NCBI GenBank assembly: GCA_964016885.1 | Contig: OZ024762.1 | Span: 992,001-1,056,000, forward strand | Source of the DNA: Eledone cirrhosa | Lineage: Eukaryota | Direction: 5' to 3' | DNA: 64,000 bases | In this document: positions 38,904-49,611 of the stretch, piece after piece | How positions within the stretch are numbered: position 1 is the stretch's first letter | Layout of the letters: each line of letters starts with the position of its first letter | Notes under the pieces: model-generated | What the model was told of the DNA's origin: nothing | What the model saw: the letters and a program-made list of their open reading frames with translations, nothing else | Databases searched by the model: none | Translations under genes and position numbers: made by a program

Positions 38904-39358
38904 CATACTTATATATATATATATATAGCGAGAAAGAGATGTGTGTGAAGAGATTGAAGAAATAAAGTATATATATGTATATATATACACACACAGAGGG
39001 TGTCCCCAAAAATGTATATACACGCTTCAACATTCTAGTAAATATTGCCTGTACGGGTAATCAAAGTGTGTATATTTTGGGGGAGATACCCTGTATATAT
39101 ATATGTGTGGACATTCAATGACACTGTTAGGTGTTCACAGACAAAATCCAACGTCAATCTTTTCCTCCCAAACAAACACATTTAAGTCATAAGACATAGA
39201 CGCTTCGTTCTGTTGTTATTATTGTCGACATTTTTTCTTTTTGTAGTTTTATATGAAGATATTTACAAGATTTTAATAATTACAAAGAAAATGAACGAAA
39301 AAAACATACGGGCAAAGTATGTCATTGAACGAGAAGAATGATGTAAATATCTCACCAT
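23395..39358 (-). CDS. UBE4A: Ubiquitin conjugation factor E4 A (U-box E3/E4 ligase, Ufd2 family), whole gene, 18 coding exons, about 1053 aa
   Basis: Exons (minus): 39358-39356, 38240-38012, 37627-37533, 37218-37042, 36562-36412, 35422-35211, 34651-34466, 33230-33113, 31995-31780, 30580-30314, 29918-29662, 29238-29075, 28861-28669, 28041-27928, 27115-26864, 26313-26062, 25531-25374, 23512-23395. All introns GT-AG with consistent phases; total 3162 nt. Motifs [53 protein letters not shown] and U-box [18 protein letters not shown]...[13 protein letters not shown] match UBE4A as I recall it. Confidence 0.96.
25374..25531 (-). CDS. UBE4A: UBE4A exon 17 (U-box, N-terminal part)
   Basis: [37 protein letters not shown]. 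Confidence 0.95.
26062..26313 (-). CDS. UBE4A: UBE4A exon 16
   Basis: [34 protein letters not shown]...DGRSYS. Confidence 0.95.
26410..26660. repeat. 45-bp minisatellite, about 5 copies
   Basis: GGGATATCACTATATTGTGAAATGTGGCC units. Confidence 0.9.
26864..27115 (-). CDS. UBE4A: UBE4A exon 15
   Basis: [10 protein letters not shown]...[10 protein letters not shown]...MLNYFLVHL|GTAAGT. Confidence 0.95.
27174..27307. repeat. Fold-back palindrome in UBE4A intron 14
   Basis: About 64-bp arms with a 3-nt bulge and a tiny loop. Confidence 0.85.
27928..28041 (-). CDS. UBE4A: UBE4A exon 14
   Basis: [38 protein letters not shown]|GTGAGT. Confidence 0.95.
28669..28861 (-). CDS. UBE4A: UBE4A exon 13
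   Basis: [35 protein letters not shown]. Confidence 0.95.
29075..29238 (-). CDS. UBE4A: UBE4A exon 12
   Basis: [36 protein letters not shown]. Confidence 0.93.
29662..29918 (-). CDS. UBE4A: UBE4A exon 11
   Basis: [18 protein letters not shown]...[12 protein letters not shown]...PETYQ|GTGAGT. Confidence 0.93.
30314..30580 (-). CDS. UBE4A: UBE4A exon 10
   Basis: DLMKLTCLI...[19 protein letters not shown]...QQMEI. Confidence 0.93.
30625..31565. repeat. Diverged 130-140-bp tandem array, about 7 copies, derived from SINE tail sequence
   Basis: Recurrent CCCAGTACACCCTGTAAAGTGGTTGGTG...AAGGGCATCTAGCTGTAGAAA...CTTCAGTT...GACATGACAAC. Confidence 0.85.
31780..31995 (-). CDS. UBE4A: UBE4A exon 9
   Basis: GRARIWTNQ...[20 protein letters not shown]...GIHAK|GTGAG. 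Confidence 0.93.
32577..32972. repeat. 108-bp tandem repeat, about 3.7 copies (related sequence near 54900-55075 and 60640-61250)
   Basis: GTGAAAATTTACAGTATTACAGTAAAGAC recurs at 108-nt spacing. Confidence 0.9.
33113..33230 (-). CDS. UBE4A: UBE4A exon 8
   Basis: [39 protein letters not shown]. Confidence 0.92.
34466..34651 (-). CDS. UBE4A: UBE4A exon 7
   Basis: AFLEHSTP...[16 protein letters not shown]...EANIWK. Confidence 0.92.
35211..35422 (-). CDS. UBE4A: UBE4A exon 6
   Basis: [14 protein letters not shown]...[16 protein letters not shown]|GTTAGT. Confidence 0.9.
36412..36562 (-). CDS. UBE4A: UBE4A exon 5
   Basis: [28 protein letters not shown]...KTVL. Confidence 0.9.
37042..37218 (-). 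CDS. UBE4A: UBE4A exon 4
   Basis: [14 protein letters not shown]...[17 protein letters not shown]|GTAAGT. Confidence 0.9.
37533..37627 (-). CDS. UBE4A: UBE4A exon 3
   Basis: [32 protein letters not shown]; phase 1 to phase 0. Confidence 0.88.
38012..38240 (-). CDS. UBE4A: UBE4A exon 2
   Basis: [23 protein letters not shown]...IFLVTLDP; ttcag acceptor, G|GTAAAT donor. Confidence 0.92.
38994..39094. mobile_element. Tc1-like micro-MITE (75-100 bp) with CAGGGTGTCCC-type TIRs, in (TA)n tracts
   Basis: Copies near 9133-9210, 9533-9608, 10419-10490, 10927-11005, 12604-12680, 46935-47033; related element at 25220-25305. Confidence 0.7.
39356..39358 (-). CDS. UBE4A: UBE4A exon 1: start codon only (ATG|GTGAG)
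   Basis: CTATG|GTGAGAT donor; splicing to the acceptor at 38240 gives in-frame [14 protein letters not shown]. The alternative start is the ATG at 38216. Confidence 0.6.
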
Positions 39359-40741
39359 AGAAAGAATATATGTTTCTGTGTCTTTGGTGGCTAAACCCAC
39401 TTCTAGCCCTTACAACTTCCGGTTGCGTGCGCACTGATTCGATATCGATCTGGCAGACATTTTTTTTTTTTTATTCCAGGGTTCAATAAACTTTTGAAGA
39501 AATATATTGTTGTGTTGTTTTGTATTTTTTATTATTATTATTATTATTATTACTTATTTATTTAAATAAAGGGTGGCGTTTTGGTAGTATCATTAAACTG
39601 TCGCCGGATAAAATGTTTCAGACACCATCTTTGCAGCATAGAGTTCCGGTCCTTTAGATTCTGAGTTCAAATCCCGTGGAGGTTAGCTTTGCTTTTCATT
39701 CTTACAGGGTCGCTAAAATAAAGTACTAGTAATGCACTGGGATAATTGCTGGCCTTGTGCCAAAAGTAGCAACGACTATTAAAGCGCCGTCCGTCAAAAT
39801 GCTTAGTATTTTGGCACTTCAGGTTCTGAGTTCAAATCTCTCCATTGTCAACTTTGCTTTTCAGCCTTCTGTATCGTCTAGTTTCCTGAAACCTTTGGTA
39901 ATGAAATAATGATATTGTATTGTTTATTATGTAATTAAATAAATTTTAAATATATGTATACAATCCTTATCGAGTCCTCTTCGGATTTTTGTCTTTGTAA
40001 TTATATATATATATATCTAAAGCTAAGGGGCGGAACCATACCCCCCCCCCCCGAAAAAAAACCCAAAAAACAGGGGAGATGATAATAATAGAACAAAAAA
40101 AGGGAGAAGACCGTTCTCCATCACTGTACGGTATCGTCTGCTGATATTTATGATTAACTGAACATATTATTTGTGCCGAAAGTAGAAACAATTATTTAAC
40201 TAGGCAATTTAATATGACAAGATATTTGGTAATATGTAATTTCAACAAATAAACTTAGTCCAGGTTCTTTGCCGATCATATACGGAGATTGTCGAATCTC
40301 ATATTTTGATGTTAGAGATATTCCAAACGAAAGGTTTGTCTGGAAAAGTAGTGTGAAAATTTAAAAAGACGTTTTACAATAATATAAAACTAAAAGTACC
40401 AAATATCTAATTATACCCCCAAAATACGACAAACTGTTTGCAGCAGAACGTAAAAATATATCTTCCCTGGCCGCCAAGTTTAACTTAGTAAAAGTGGTAC
40501 GTTAAACGCAAAGATCGCCATTCAGCCTTGTGAAAAATAAATAAAATTTTTAATTTTTAATTCATAATAATATTTTTAAAAAGCAAAATATTTTATTTTT
40601 TGTGATCTTTTTCGTTTCGTTTTGTTTTTAATTTGTTATTTTGTTTGTTTCGTGAAACGATTTGGTTTGAGAGTATAAAGCTCTCCTGGGTTGAGAGGAC
40701 AGAAAGTAATAGGCGCTAAATTTCAAACTGGAAATTGAAAG
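39359..40741. promoter_or_regulatory. Divergent UBE4A / HAUS2 promoter region
   Basis: Head-to-head genes. ETS-like ACTTCCGG, NRF1-like GCGTGCGCA and DRE-like TATCGAT at about 39415-39450; GGCGC-N4-TTTCAAA at 40712-40727. Confidence 0.55.
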
Positions 40742-43700
40742 ATGTCATCTGATGGTGATCGATCCCACTGTGGCAATGTTTATCGATCTCTCGTTGATGT
40801 TAGTTCCATGGCTGAGAAATTCGACTTCAGCGAGAAGGTAAAACAATGACAATGGTTTCTTGTGGCACTATATATACATTAACAGAACTCTCACTTTGTA
40901 AACTAAATTATTTTACTTGCCAAACAGCTTCGATGATCAATTATTATTATAACAGAATCGGTAGAGCGTCGGACACCATGCTTTGCGGCATAGTGTTATG
41001 GCCCGTTACATTATGAGTTCAAATCCCGTCGAGATTAACCTTGCCTTTCATCCTTACTAGGTCGATAAAATAAAGTACCAGTAACGCACTGGGGTCGATT
41101 TAATCGACTTTCCCCTTTCCACAAATTGCTGGCCTTGTGCCTAAAGTAGAAATCATTATTATTATTATTATTATAAATATTAGTAGTGGGGTTTGCCCGA
41201 GTTGTTAGCTGAGATCACGTGTCGGCCTGTTCATGGGGGTCCTACACCATCTGGATGGCATCACTAGAGGGGTAATAGTTATGTGGAATTATACCAACTT
41301 CCACTTGATAGGTTTGTTGCCGAGTACTGCATGGCTGGAATGAAGATGAGTGCTGTGAAAACTGAGACGTTCGTCTTCTCCTTAAAGCCTGCGTAGTGCA
41401 CTCTACATGTAAATGGAGTCCTACTGAAGCAGGTAGAGAAGTTCAACTACCTCAGGGCTGTGTTCACGAGTGATGAAAGGCAGGAGGCTGAATTAAGTGC
41501 TAAAATTGCAGGAGTTGGTGCAGTAATGCTCCAGTTTCAACATTTGGTAATCAGAGGAAAGTTGATAGATGCAAAAGCCTAACTCACTATCTTCAATTCG
41601 GTATTCATGCCAATCCTGACTATGGTATTGAATCTTCTCCGAATTGAGAGATCACAGCTCTGATACTATGGACATGGGTTAGAATGTCTCAGGAAAGAAT
41701 CTCTGGTCAGATTTATAGCTCGGCGATCAGAGAGTCACTCCAGGTAGAACCTCTACTTCTCCAAATTGAGAGATCACAGCTCCGGGAAAGAATCTCTGGA
41801 CAGATTTTACGGTCAAAACCAACCAGCAGGAGACCCAAGGGTAGATCCCGAGCAAGATGGTTGGATAATATCCATGAGATTGGCTGGTCTCCAGCCAGAT
41901 CAGTTGGAGACAGTTGCTTTGCCCTCTCAGGAATAAGAATAAGACTGCTCTGTAATACATTGTTGTAACCTCAGTGATTCCATCTTCTATCACCACTCCC
42001 CTGTAATACATTGTTGTAACCTCAGTGATTCCATCTTCTATCACCACTCCCCTGTAACCTACACCTCTCTCTCTATATTGCAGATATGTCTTGAAGAACC
42101 GAATGAAGATCCATTGCCACCGAACAGTTCAACGTATCAATCTATAGATTTGATCAATGTCTTACAACAGATACGATTGACACAGAGATCAATAAATAAT
42201 GTAATTTACTCTCTTTTTTTTTTTTGTTTCGAGTTTGAATGGTTTAGCTAAGCTGTCATGTTAAAATGATGGTGGTGGTGGATGAGAAGGGGTGGTAGGG
42301 ATGATGATGATGGCGGTGGTGATGGTGGTGATGATGATGATGATGTGTCTGTTTTGTTGCAGGCTCGACTTAATAAACAAGCAAGACTACTTTACCTTGA
42401 AGCAGAAGATATTATATCATGTTCGAAGATAGGTTAGTTTTATTTTGTTATCGTTGTTGTTGTTGTTAGGGTGGTGGATTGGCAGTATTGGTAGAGGGTT
42501 GGACGCCATGCTTTGCAGCATAGAGTTACGGCCCTTTATGATCTGAGTTGAAATCCCGCTGAGGTTAACTTTGCCTTTCATGCTTACGGAGTCGATAAAA
42601 TAAAGTACCAGTCACGCACTGGAGTCGATTTAATCGACTTTCCCCTCCCCAAAAATTGCTGGCCTTGTGCCTATATAAGAAACCATTGTCGTTTGTGGTG
42701 GGGGTGTTGTCGGTGCAGGACTTACCTATAAGCTACAGCTTTAGGGCCACATACCCTCAAAGACCTCATTTTATAAAATATATTTTTTATTTTCTCATTA
42801 GCTTTTTTATTCTTTAACATCAAAAATTCTATATAAGAGCATCCAGCTGTAGAAACCAAGCCAGAAACAGTTCTGTGTGACCAAGACATGGTCACCTGAC
42901 CTAACTTGCCTCAGATGGGACAACCTGTCTAACTCATGCTAAACATGTTTAGAGCGTGTAGTTTTGATATTCTCATGAGTAGAGAATATATTTATGAAGT
43001 TTTAACATTTTAATATTTAAAATATTTTAAGTGTTTTTTAGAGAATAGTTTTTCTTTCACAACTCAAATTAGGTAATGACATTTTTTAAACAATTTCTGA
43101 CAATTTTGAAGGCCAGGTTACTTCCAAAAATATAACCAGTGTAATAATATTCACCTTCAAAGTGAAAATATTTGCAGCACCTTATTTAGGTAGAATTTTG
43201 AAGTTGGTGAAAATTGGCAAAATATAGGTCTCATATATAACCCTTTAGCATTTAAACTGGTCATATCCGGCCAGAATTCTCTCACTTCTTTCTGTTCAAA
43301 CCAGCTGTAACTGGTTGCTCATACTAATGTTAAAGTATTGTTCTCAAAATAAATATCAAAATCTCATAGATTTGATATTATGTGAGGTGAAGCCTTTATC
43401 ACAAAAATACAACAGTAAATATAGAGTAATATAAATGCTAAAGTGTTAAGCCAATATACAGTCCTGTCGTGGCAAGCTGGCTAGGTTTATCTCAGGACAT
43501 GGGCAACACCTCTAACCCATGCAAATATGGAAAAATAAATGTTAAACGATGATGATTTCTCAGCTGGTATACAACAAGTATCTACAGTAATTTTCTGTTG
43601 TTTTATATTCCATAGAAGAGAAATTGAATGAAATATCTTCCTTCAATGAATACCTGAAAACTATTCTTCAAAAGAAACAGTCACTTCTTACAAATCTTCA

Positions 43701-44946
43701 GAGACCTCTTGTTGAGAATTCCATCAAACTTGAACTTAAATATCACAGGTATGTGTATGTATAGATATCACAGTTCCGTACAAGTGAGGCGCAGTCACCG
43801 TGGTCGTGTAGGAGACACGGTAAAAAGGCTCCCAGTCCACACTGTAAAGGTGGTTGGTGTTAGGAAGGGCATCCAGCTGTAGAAAACCTGCCAGAGACAC
43901 TTCCGTACAAGCGAGACACGGTCTCCCAACCAATACCGCATCAAATGGAACAAAACCATCTAACCCATGCTAACGTGGAAAATGGACGTTAAACGATGAT
44001 GATGATGGTAAAACGAAAATGTCTGTATGCAGTAAGTGTATTATATGCTGGTATATATCTCAGGTGCACACCCAGCTGACTCTGTAAAAGGGAAGTGCTG
44101 GTGGTATGATAGAATACACCCAACTCACACAGGCAGGTGGTAGTTGGCGTACCATGAGAAAACAAAACCTATTTATTTCTACAATATTGTACCAACTTTT
44201 GGGAAGTTGTCAGTCATTTATTACATATCTTTTGGGAGTTTTTATTTTATTTTATATTTTTATTTTGCAGTATTTTTGTGAAAATGTTGTCTCATTCTGC
44301 GAATGTTCTGCAGAATTTGATGAAAAATATTGAGAAAATCAACAGATTAAATTCAACAAAGTTAACAACTCCAGATAAGCTTGTAAGTTCTTTTTCTTCC
44401 ACTTATTCCTGAGAGAGTCGTGGGGGCAGAATTCCTCAAACACTCCTTCCGGTGGGTCCTGTCAGAAGCAACTGTCTCCAACTGATCCAGCTGGATCCTC
44501 AAGTAAGACTAGCCAAACTCATGGATGTTATCCAACCATCTTGCTCGGGGTCTACCCCTGGGTCACCGACCAGTTGGTTTTGACCGTAAAATCTGTCCAG
44601 TGATTCTTTCCTGAGACATTCTAACCACATGCCCATAGTATCAGAGCTGTGGTCTCTGAATCCAGAGATTAAATCCTTCCTTTATAAACAGGGGGGTGTT
44701 TTTTAAGACTCTTGCCTCAGGTTTTTTTTAAGAGTCTTGCACAAGGTGGTGTTGTTGTGTTATTAGTTTTACTATTCACATAAAGTCTTTATTTTGTGCC
44801 AACCTTTCTAACCCTGTTTTCCTCTTTCTCTCATTTTCCAGCCTGGAATTATTTCCTACGTTGAGACAAACTTGGCCCAAGTTAACACCAACTATCACAT
44901 CATGAACCAAATTGAACAACATTTGAAATTATTACCAAACCCGTAA
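40742..44946 (+). CDS. HAUS2: HAUS augmin-like complex subunit 2-like protein, 6 exons, 210 aa
   Basis: Exons 40742-40837, 42084-42200, 42363-42432, 43616-43748, 44271-44382, 44842-44946; GT-AG introns, consistent phases, 633 nt; AATAAA at 45116-45121. EEKLNEISSFNEYLKTILQKKQSLLTNLQRPLVENSIKLELKYH resembles the HAUS2 core (...[34 protein letters not shown]) from memory. The gene structure is solid; the family call is less so. Confidence 0.78.
41320..41935 (+). mobile_element. RTE-clade LINE ORF2 3' fragment (decayed), in HAUS2 intron 1
   Basis: Translates to ..LKQVEKFNYL.., [34 protein letters not shown], with stops and frameshifts. Confidence 0.8.
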
Positions 44947-45784
44947 CCAATATTAAAATAACCAAACTTTTTCTAGTTTTAAAGAAATGTTAAATTTACA
45001 ATCTTTTCTTCTTCAATATTTATTTTAACCACTTTTACATTTAAAGAGTCACTCTCAAGTTTTTTAATTTTAAATATTTAAAGTCTATTCCAATTTATTT
45101 CTTTATCTTACAGTTAATAAATTTAAACCTCTTGCTATAGTTTAGCTATTTGTTATTATTATTTCAGTGGAAGGATTGGCAGTAGAATAAGTAGAACATC
45201 GGACGCCATGCTTAGCGACATAGAGTTACGGCCCTTTACGTTCTGAGTTCAAATCCTGCCGAGGTTAGCTTTGCATTTCATCCTTAGGGGAGTCAATAAA
45301 ATAAAGTACCAGTAATGCACGGGGGTCGATTTAATTGACTTTCCCCAGATAACTATAAACATTTTAAAATAAACTATTTTGTATCATAGAACCAGGGGCT
45401 GGTGTTTGGAACATAACTTAAAAAGGTGTTTACATAAAATTATGAATAAATGTTTTGAGATCAATATAAACACTTTAAAATAGTTTTTTTTATTTGGTGT
45501 TTAGAACATAACTTAACAAAGGTCCTTACATAATATTATGTTGGGAGGTTTTAGATAAATACAATGTTTAAGAACCAGGGAAAGGAGGAACAGTTTCTGG
45601 CCATTTGGAATCAGAAGAATTAAATTGGAAATTCCTCTTCTATTACTTGTGGCGGGGTGGGGGGTATGTTTCTTTGATAGGGTTGTTTTTTTCTGTCTCT
45701 TTTTGGAAGTTTCTCAAATTCTGTCAAAACATCTGTTATTAATTTTTGTTTATATATATATATGTGTGTGTGTATATATATATA

Positions 45785-45845
<61 letters not shown>

Positions 45846-45986
45846 TTATATATATGTGTGTGTGTGTATATATATATATGTGTGTGTGTATATATATATA
45901 TATGTGTGTGTGTGTGTTTATATATATGTGTGTGTGTGTGTTTTTTTAGATATATGTGTGTATATATATATATATGCATGTAACGA

Positions 45987-46018
<32 letters not shown>

Positions 46019-47138
46019 GTCTTGTTTTGTTACAATACACCCACCACCACTGACATTCAGTTCAACATTTCCCTTACAAAGCTATGTAATAAAATGCAAT
46101 TAAATAATGAAACAATATAAAGTAATTGTTTCTACTTTAGGCACAAGGCCAGCAATTATCCAGTGTATTACTGGTACTTTATTTTATCGACCCCGTAAGG
46201 ATGAAAGGCAAAGTTAACCTCGGCGGGATTTGAACTCAGATCCTAAAGGGACGTAACTATGCTGGGCTGATGAGAGACACAATACATGTGAAACAATATA
46301 AAGAGTTTGGATTAGAACTTGTTTGTTTTTATTTTATTTTATTTTCTAAATGTTTCCAAGTGTTTGTGTCTGTATATATATATGTTTGTATATATATATG
46401 TTTGTGTGTCTATATATATATATATATGTTTGTGTGAGTGGCAATAAATAGAAATCTATATATATATATATGTGTGTGTGTCTATATATATATGTGTGTG
46501 TCTCTGTATACACAGTGTATTTTGAAACTTTGAACTCCTTGTTGTTGTCTTGTTTGTGATTGTATTGTTGTTGTTGTAATGTCATTGTATTGTATATTAT
46601 TTCTATTGTAATGTCTACACATGGAGTCTAATGTGGCCCAGTGTATAAGGGTGCTGGACTTACGATCATAATGCTGTGGGTTCGATTCCTGGACTGGGTT
46701 TTGTGTTGTGTTCCTTGAGCAAGACACTTCACTTCACGTTGTTCCAGTATACTCAGCTGGAAATGAGTACCAGGGGTAGACCTAACTCCAAGCAAGATGG
46801 TTGGATAACATCCATGAGCTCGGCTGGTCTTGTTTGGAGATGGTTGCTTCTGACCTGCTGGAAGGAGTGTTTCAGGACTCTGCTCTCCACGGCCCTCTCA
46901 GGAATAAGTGGGTGGGGGGAAGAAGATATATATACAAAGTGTTCCCCAAAAATGTATACACACTTCAGCATTCTAATAAATATTGCCTGTACAGGTAATC
47001 AAAGTGTGTATACATTTATTAGGACACCCCCGTAAATATATATATGTAACATCAGCATCTTTCTTAATGTTATTCATATATATATACATATATACAATAT
47101 ATGTGTGTAACCACAGTAAGGTACTCAATACATTAGTA

Positions 47139-47322
47139 TTGTTTCTACTTTAGGCACAAGGCCAGCAAATACCCAGTACATTACTGGTACTTTATTTTAT
47201 CGACCCCGTAAGGATGAAAGGCAAAGTTAACCTCGGCGGGATTTGAACTCAGACCATAAAGGGCCGTAACTCTTTGCTGCAAAGGATGGCGTCCGACGCT
47301 CTATCGATCCTACCAATCCAAC
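47139..47322 (-). mobile_element. SINE family 1 copy with target-site duplication, inserted in a family-A element flank
   Basis: ATACATTAGTA at 47128-47138 and 47323-47333. Confidence 0.8.
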
Positions 47323-47345
47323 ATACATTAGTAGAGTATATAATG

Positions 47346-47470
47346 TTTAATATAGAAATGGTTTCTACAGGACTAGAACTGTTTCATTCGAAGGAAACCT
47401 TTACAGCTTTTCTGATGATTTCCTTCGAATGAAACAGTTCTAGTCCTGTAGAAACCATTTCTATATTAAA
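47346..47470. repeat. Fold-back element family A (also 13040-13142, 53953-54074; half copy at about 11190-11223)
   Basis: 52-bp perfect arms; CTGATGA...GAAAC...GTC hammerhead-like core; shared flank GTACTCAATACATTAGT. Confidence 0.85.
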
Positions 47471-47747
47471 TATATATAATAAAATAACTTGCCTTTGCTA
47501 TCATTGTTAAATAATATAATATTTAATATATATATATATATAATCGTTTCTGATTTGGACGGAGGGGGCAGCCGATTAAATCGACCCCAGTGTATTACTG
47601 CTACCTGGGTGTCGTGTAAAAACGTTAAGTAGAAAAAAAAAAAAGTAGCGCCCCGCCTTCTTCAAAGGTGAGTAGAGGCAGAACTAACCGATAATGTGTA
47701 TAACGTAAAACTAGTTAAATAGGTTAGTCACGTCTGCTCGCCCTCAC

Positions 47748-47761
47748 TTATCCATAGCAAC
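47748..47761 (+). promoter_or_regulatory. Candidate RFX X-box upstream of MYCBP
   Basis: TTATCCATAGCAAC, about 180 nt before the ATG; the 3' half-site is perfect. Confidence 0.4.
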
Positions 47762-47937
47762 AGCGAACGGCCAGCAGTTTATCTTAAGACTCTCGGCTTC
47801 TCTTAAACATTCCTACCTACCTATCTATCTCTCTATCTATCACCACAGTCTAAAGTGGGGTTTATTTTGTAAATAATATATAAATATATATATATATACA
47901 CATAGTTGTTCTGTTTCCGACTTAAACATCCCCGAAA

Positions 47938-48545
47938 ATGAGTTCGTCGTACAAGGTAAAATGTTTTTCTTCCCCCATCTATCATTTCAACATATATATA
48001 TGTGTGTGTGTATTTCTATATATATAGATAGATGTATATGTATATATTTATGTCAATGTGAAAAATTCGGGTCCCCGACGGCTGAACTCCTGCCATCCCA
48101 ACTGAAATGACAAGAGCTCAACCGTCGGGGACCCGAATTTTTTTCATATTACCCACTCTACTAACCCAAGTATCGAGTACTCTTGTGGGTAATTGTCTAT
48201 CTGGTTTTTACCACCCCCACTCATATATATGTATGTGTGTATGTATGTAGGTATATATATATGTACGTATAAATCTCTCTCTATATATATATCGTCTCTT
48301 GTCATGTTCTCTCTTATATCCTATCATCCACTCTAAACATGTTGTCATCCTCTCTCGTCCTTGTAATATATATATATATATATATATAGTACAGTATAGT
48401 ATAATACAATATACTATACTATACTATATATATATACATACATATATATAGTGTACTATATATATGTCTATTGTTTAGCTGTTTCAAGTTCACACCAGTC
48501 ACCCATGTTCAAGAGTACACACACACACACACACATATATATATG

Positions 48546-48586
<41 letters not shown>

Positions 48587-48834
48587 CGGTAGCTAGACAA
48601 CAAAGAAAATAATAAACCGCGGTACAAAGTATATGTGTATATATATATGTGTGTGTATATATATATATATGTAATGTGTGTATATATATATGTAATGTGT
48701 GTGTGTCAGTCTATATGTGTATATATGTAATGTGTGTGTATAATGTATGTATACGAAAAGTAAATAGAAACAGCAAACCAAACAACATAATACAATGAAG
48801 TAATATTTAGTTTAATGCTTGATATAGTTGGATA

Positions 48835-48875
<41 letters not shown>

Positions 48876-49369
48876 CTATCTATGCTCTTACAACAATATT
48901 TTACGGCCTTTCATCACATTGTTTGTAAAATGTCTAAACACGGCCATAGAAATATATACATACATATGTGTATGTATATATACATGTGTGTATGTGTATA
49001 TATATATATATATGTGTGTATGTGTATATATATATATATATATATGTGTGTGGTGTGTATATATATACACGTGTGTATGTATATATATACGTGTGTGTAT
49101 ATATATATACGTGTATGTATATATATGTGTGTATGTATATATGTGTGTATGCGTATATATATGTGTGTATGTATATATGTGTGTATGCGTATATATATGT
49201 GTATGTGTATATATATGTGTATGTATAAATATATGTGTGTATGTATATATATATATATATATATGTGTATATATAGTTTCCTTCTTGGAAGGGTTGCGGA
49301 ACCCGTAAGCCGAAACCGCGTATCGCCGCAGTCGGGATTTTACATTTTACACACTCTCTCTCTCTCTGG

Positions 49370-49410
<41 letters not shown>

Positions 49411-49567
49411 GAAAGTGAACAACACAAAATATAACTACTCCATTACCAAAGGTTTCTGGATCACAAACGATAATAATAATAATAGATATGTCTGGATCGT
49501 TTGTCAGATAGAGATGTTATAAATAAAAGATATATTTATATATAAACGCAGATGATAAATCTATGTT

Positions 49568-49611
<44 letters not shown>

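Noticed and set aside
46267-46300. CTGATGA...GAAAC hammerhead-like string
   Set aside because: No stem I or II pairing; the GAAAC belongs to the 15-bp TSD (TGAAACAATATAAAG at 46108-46122 and 46289-46303) of a SINE insertion
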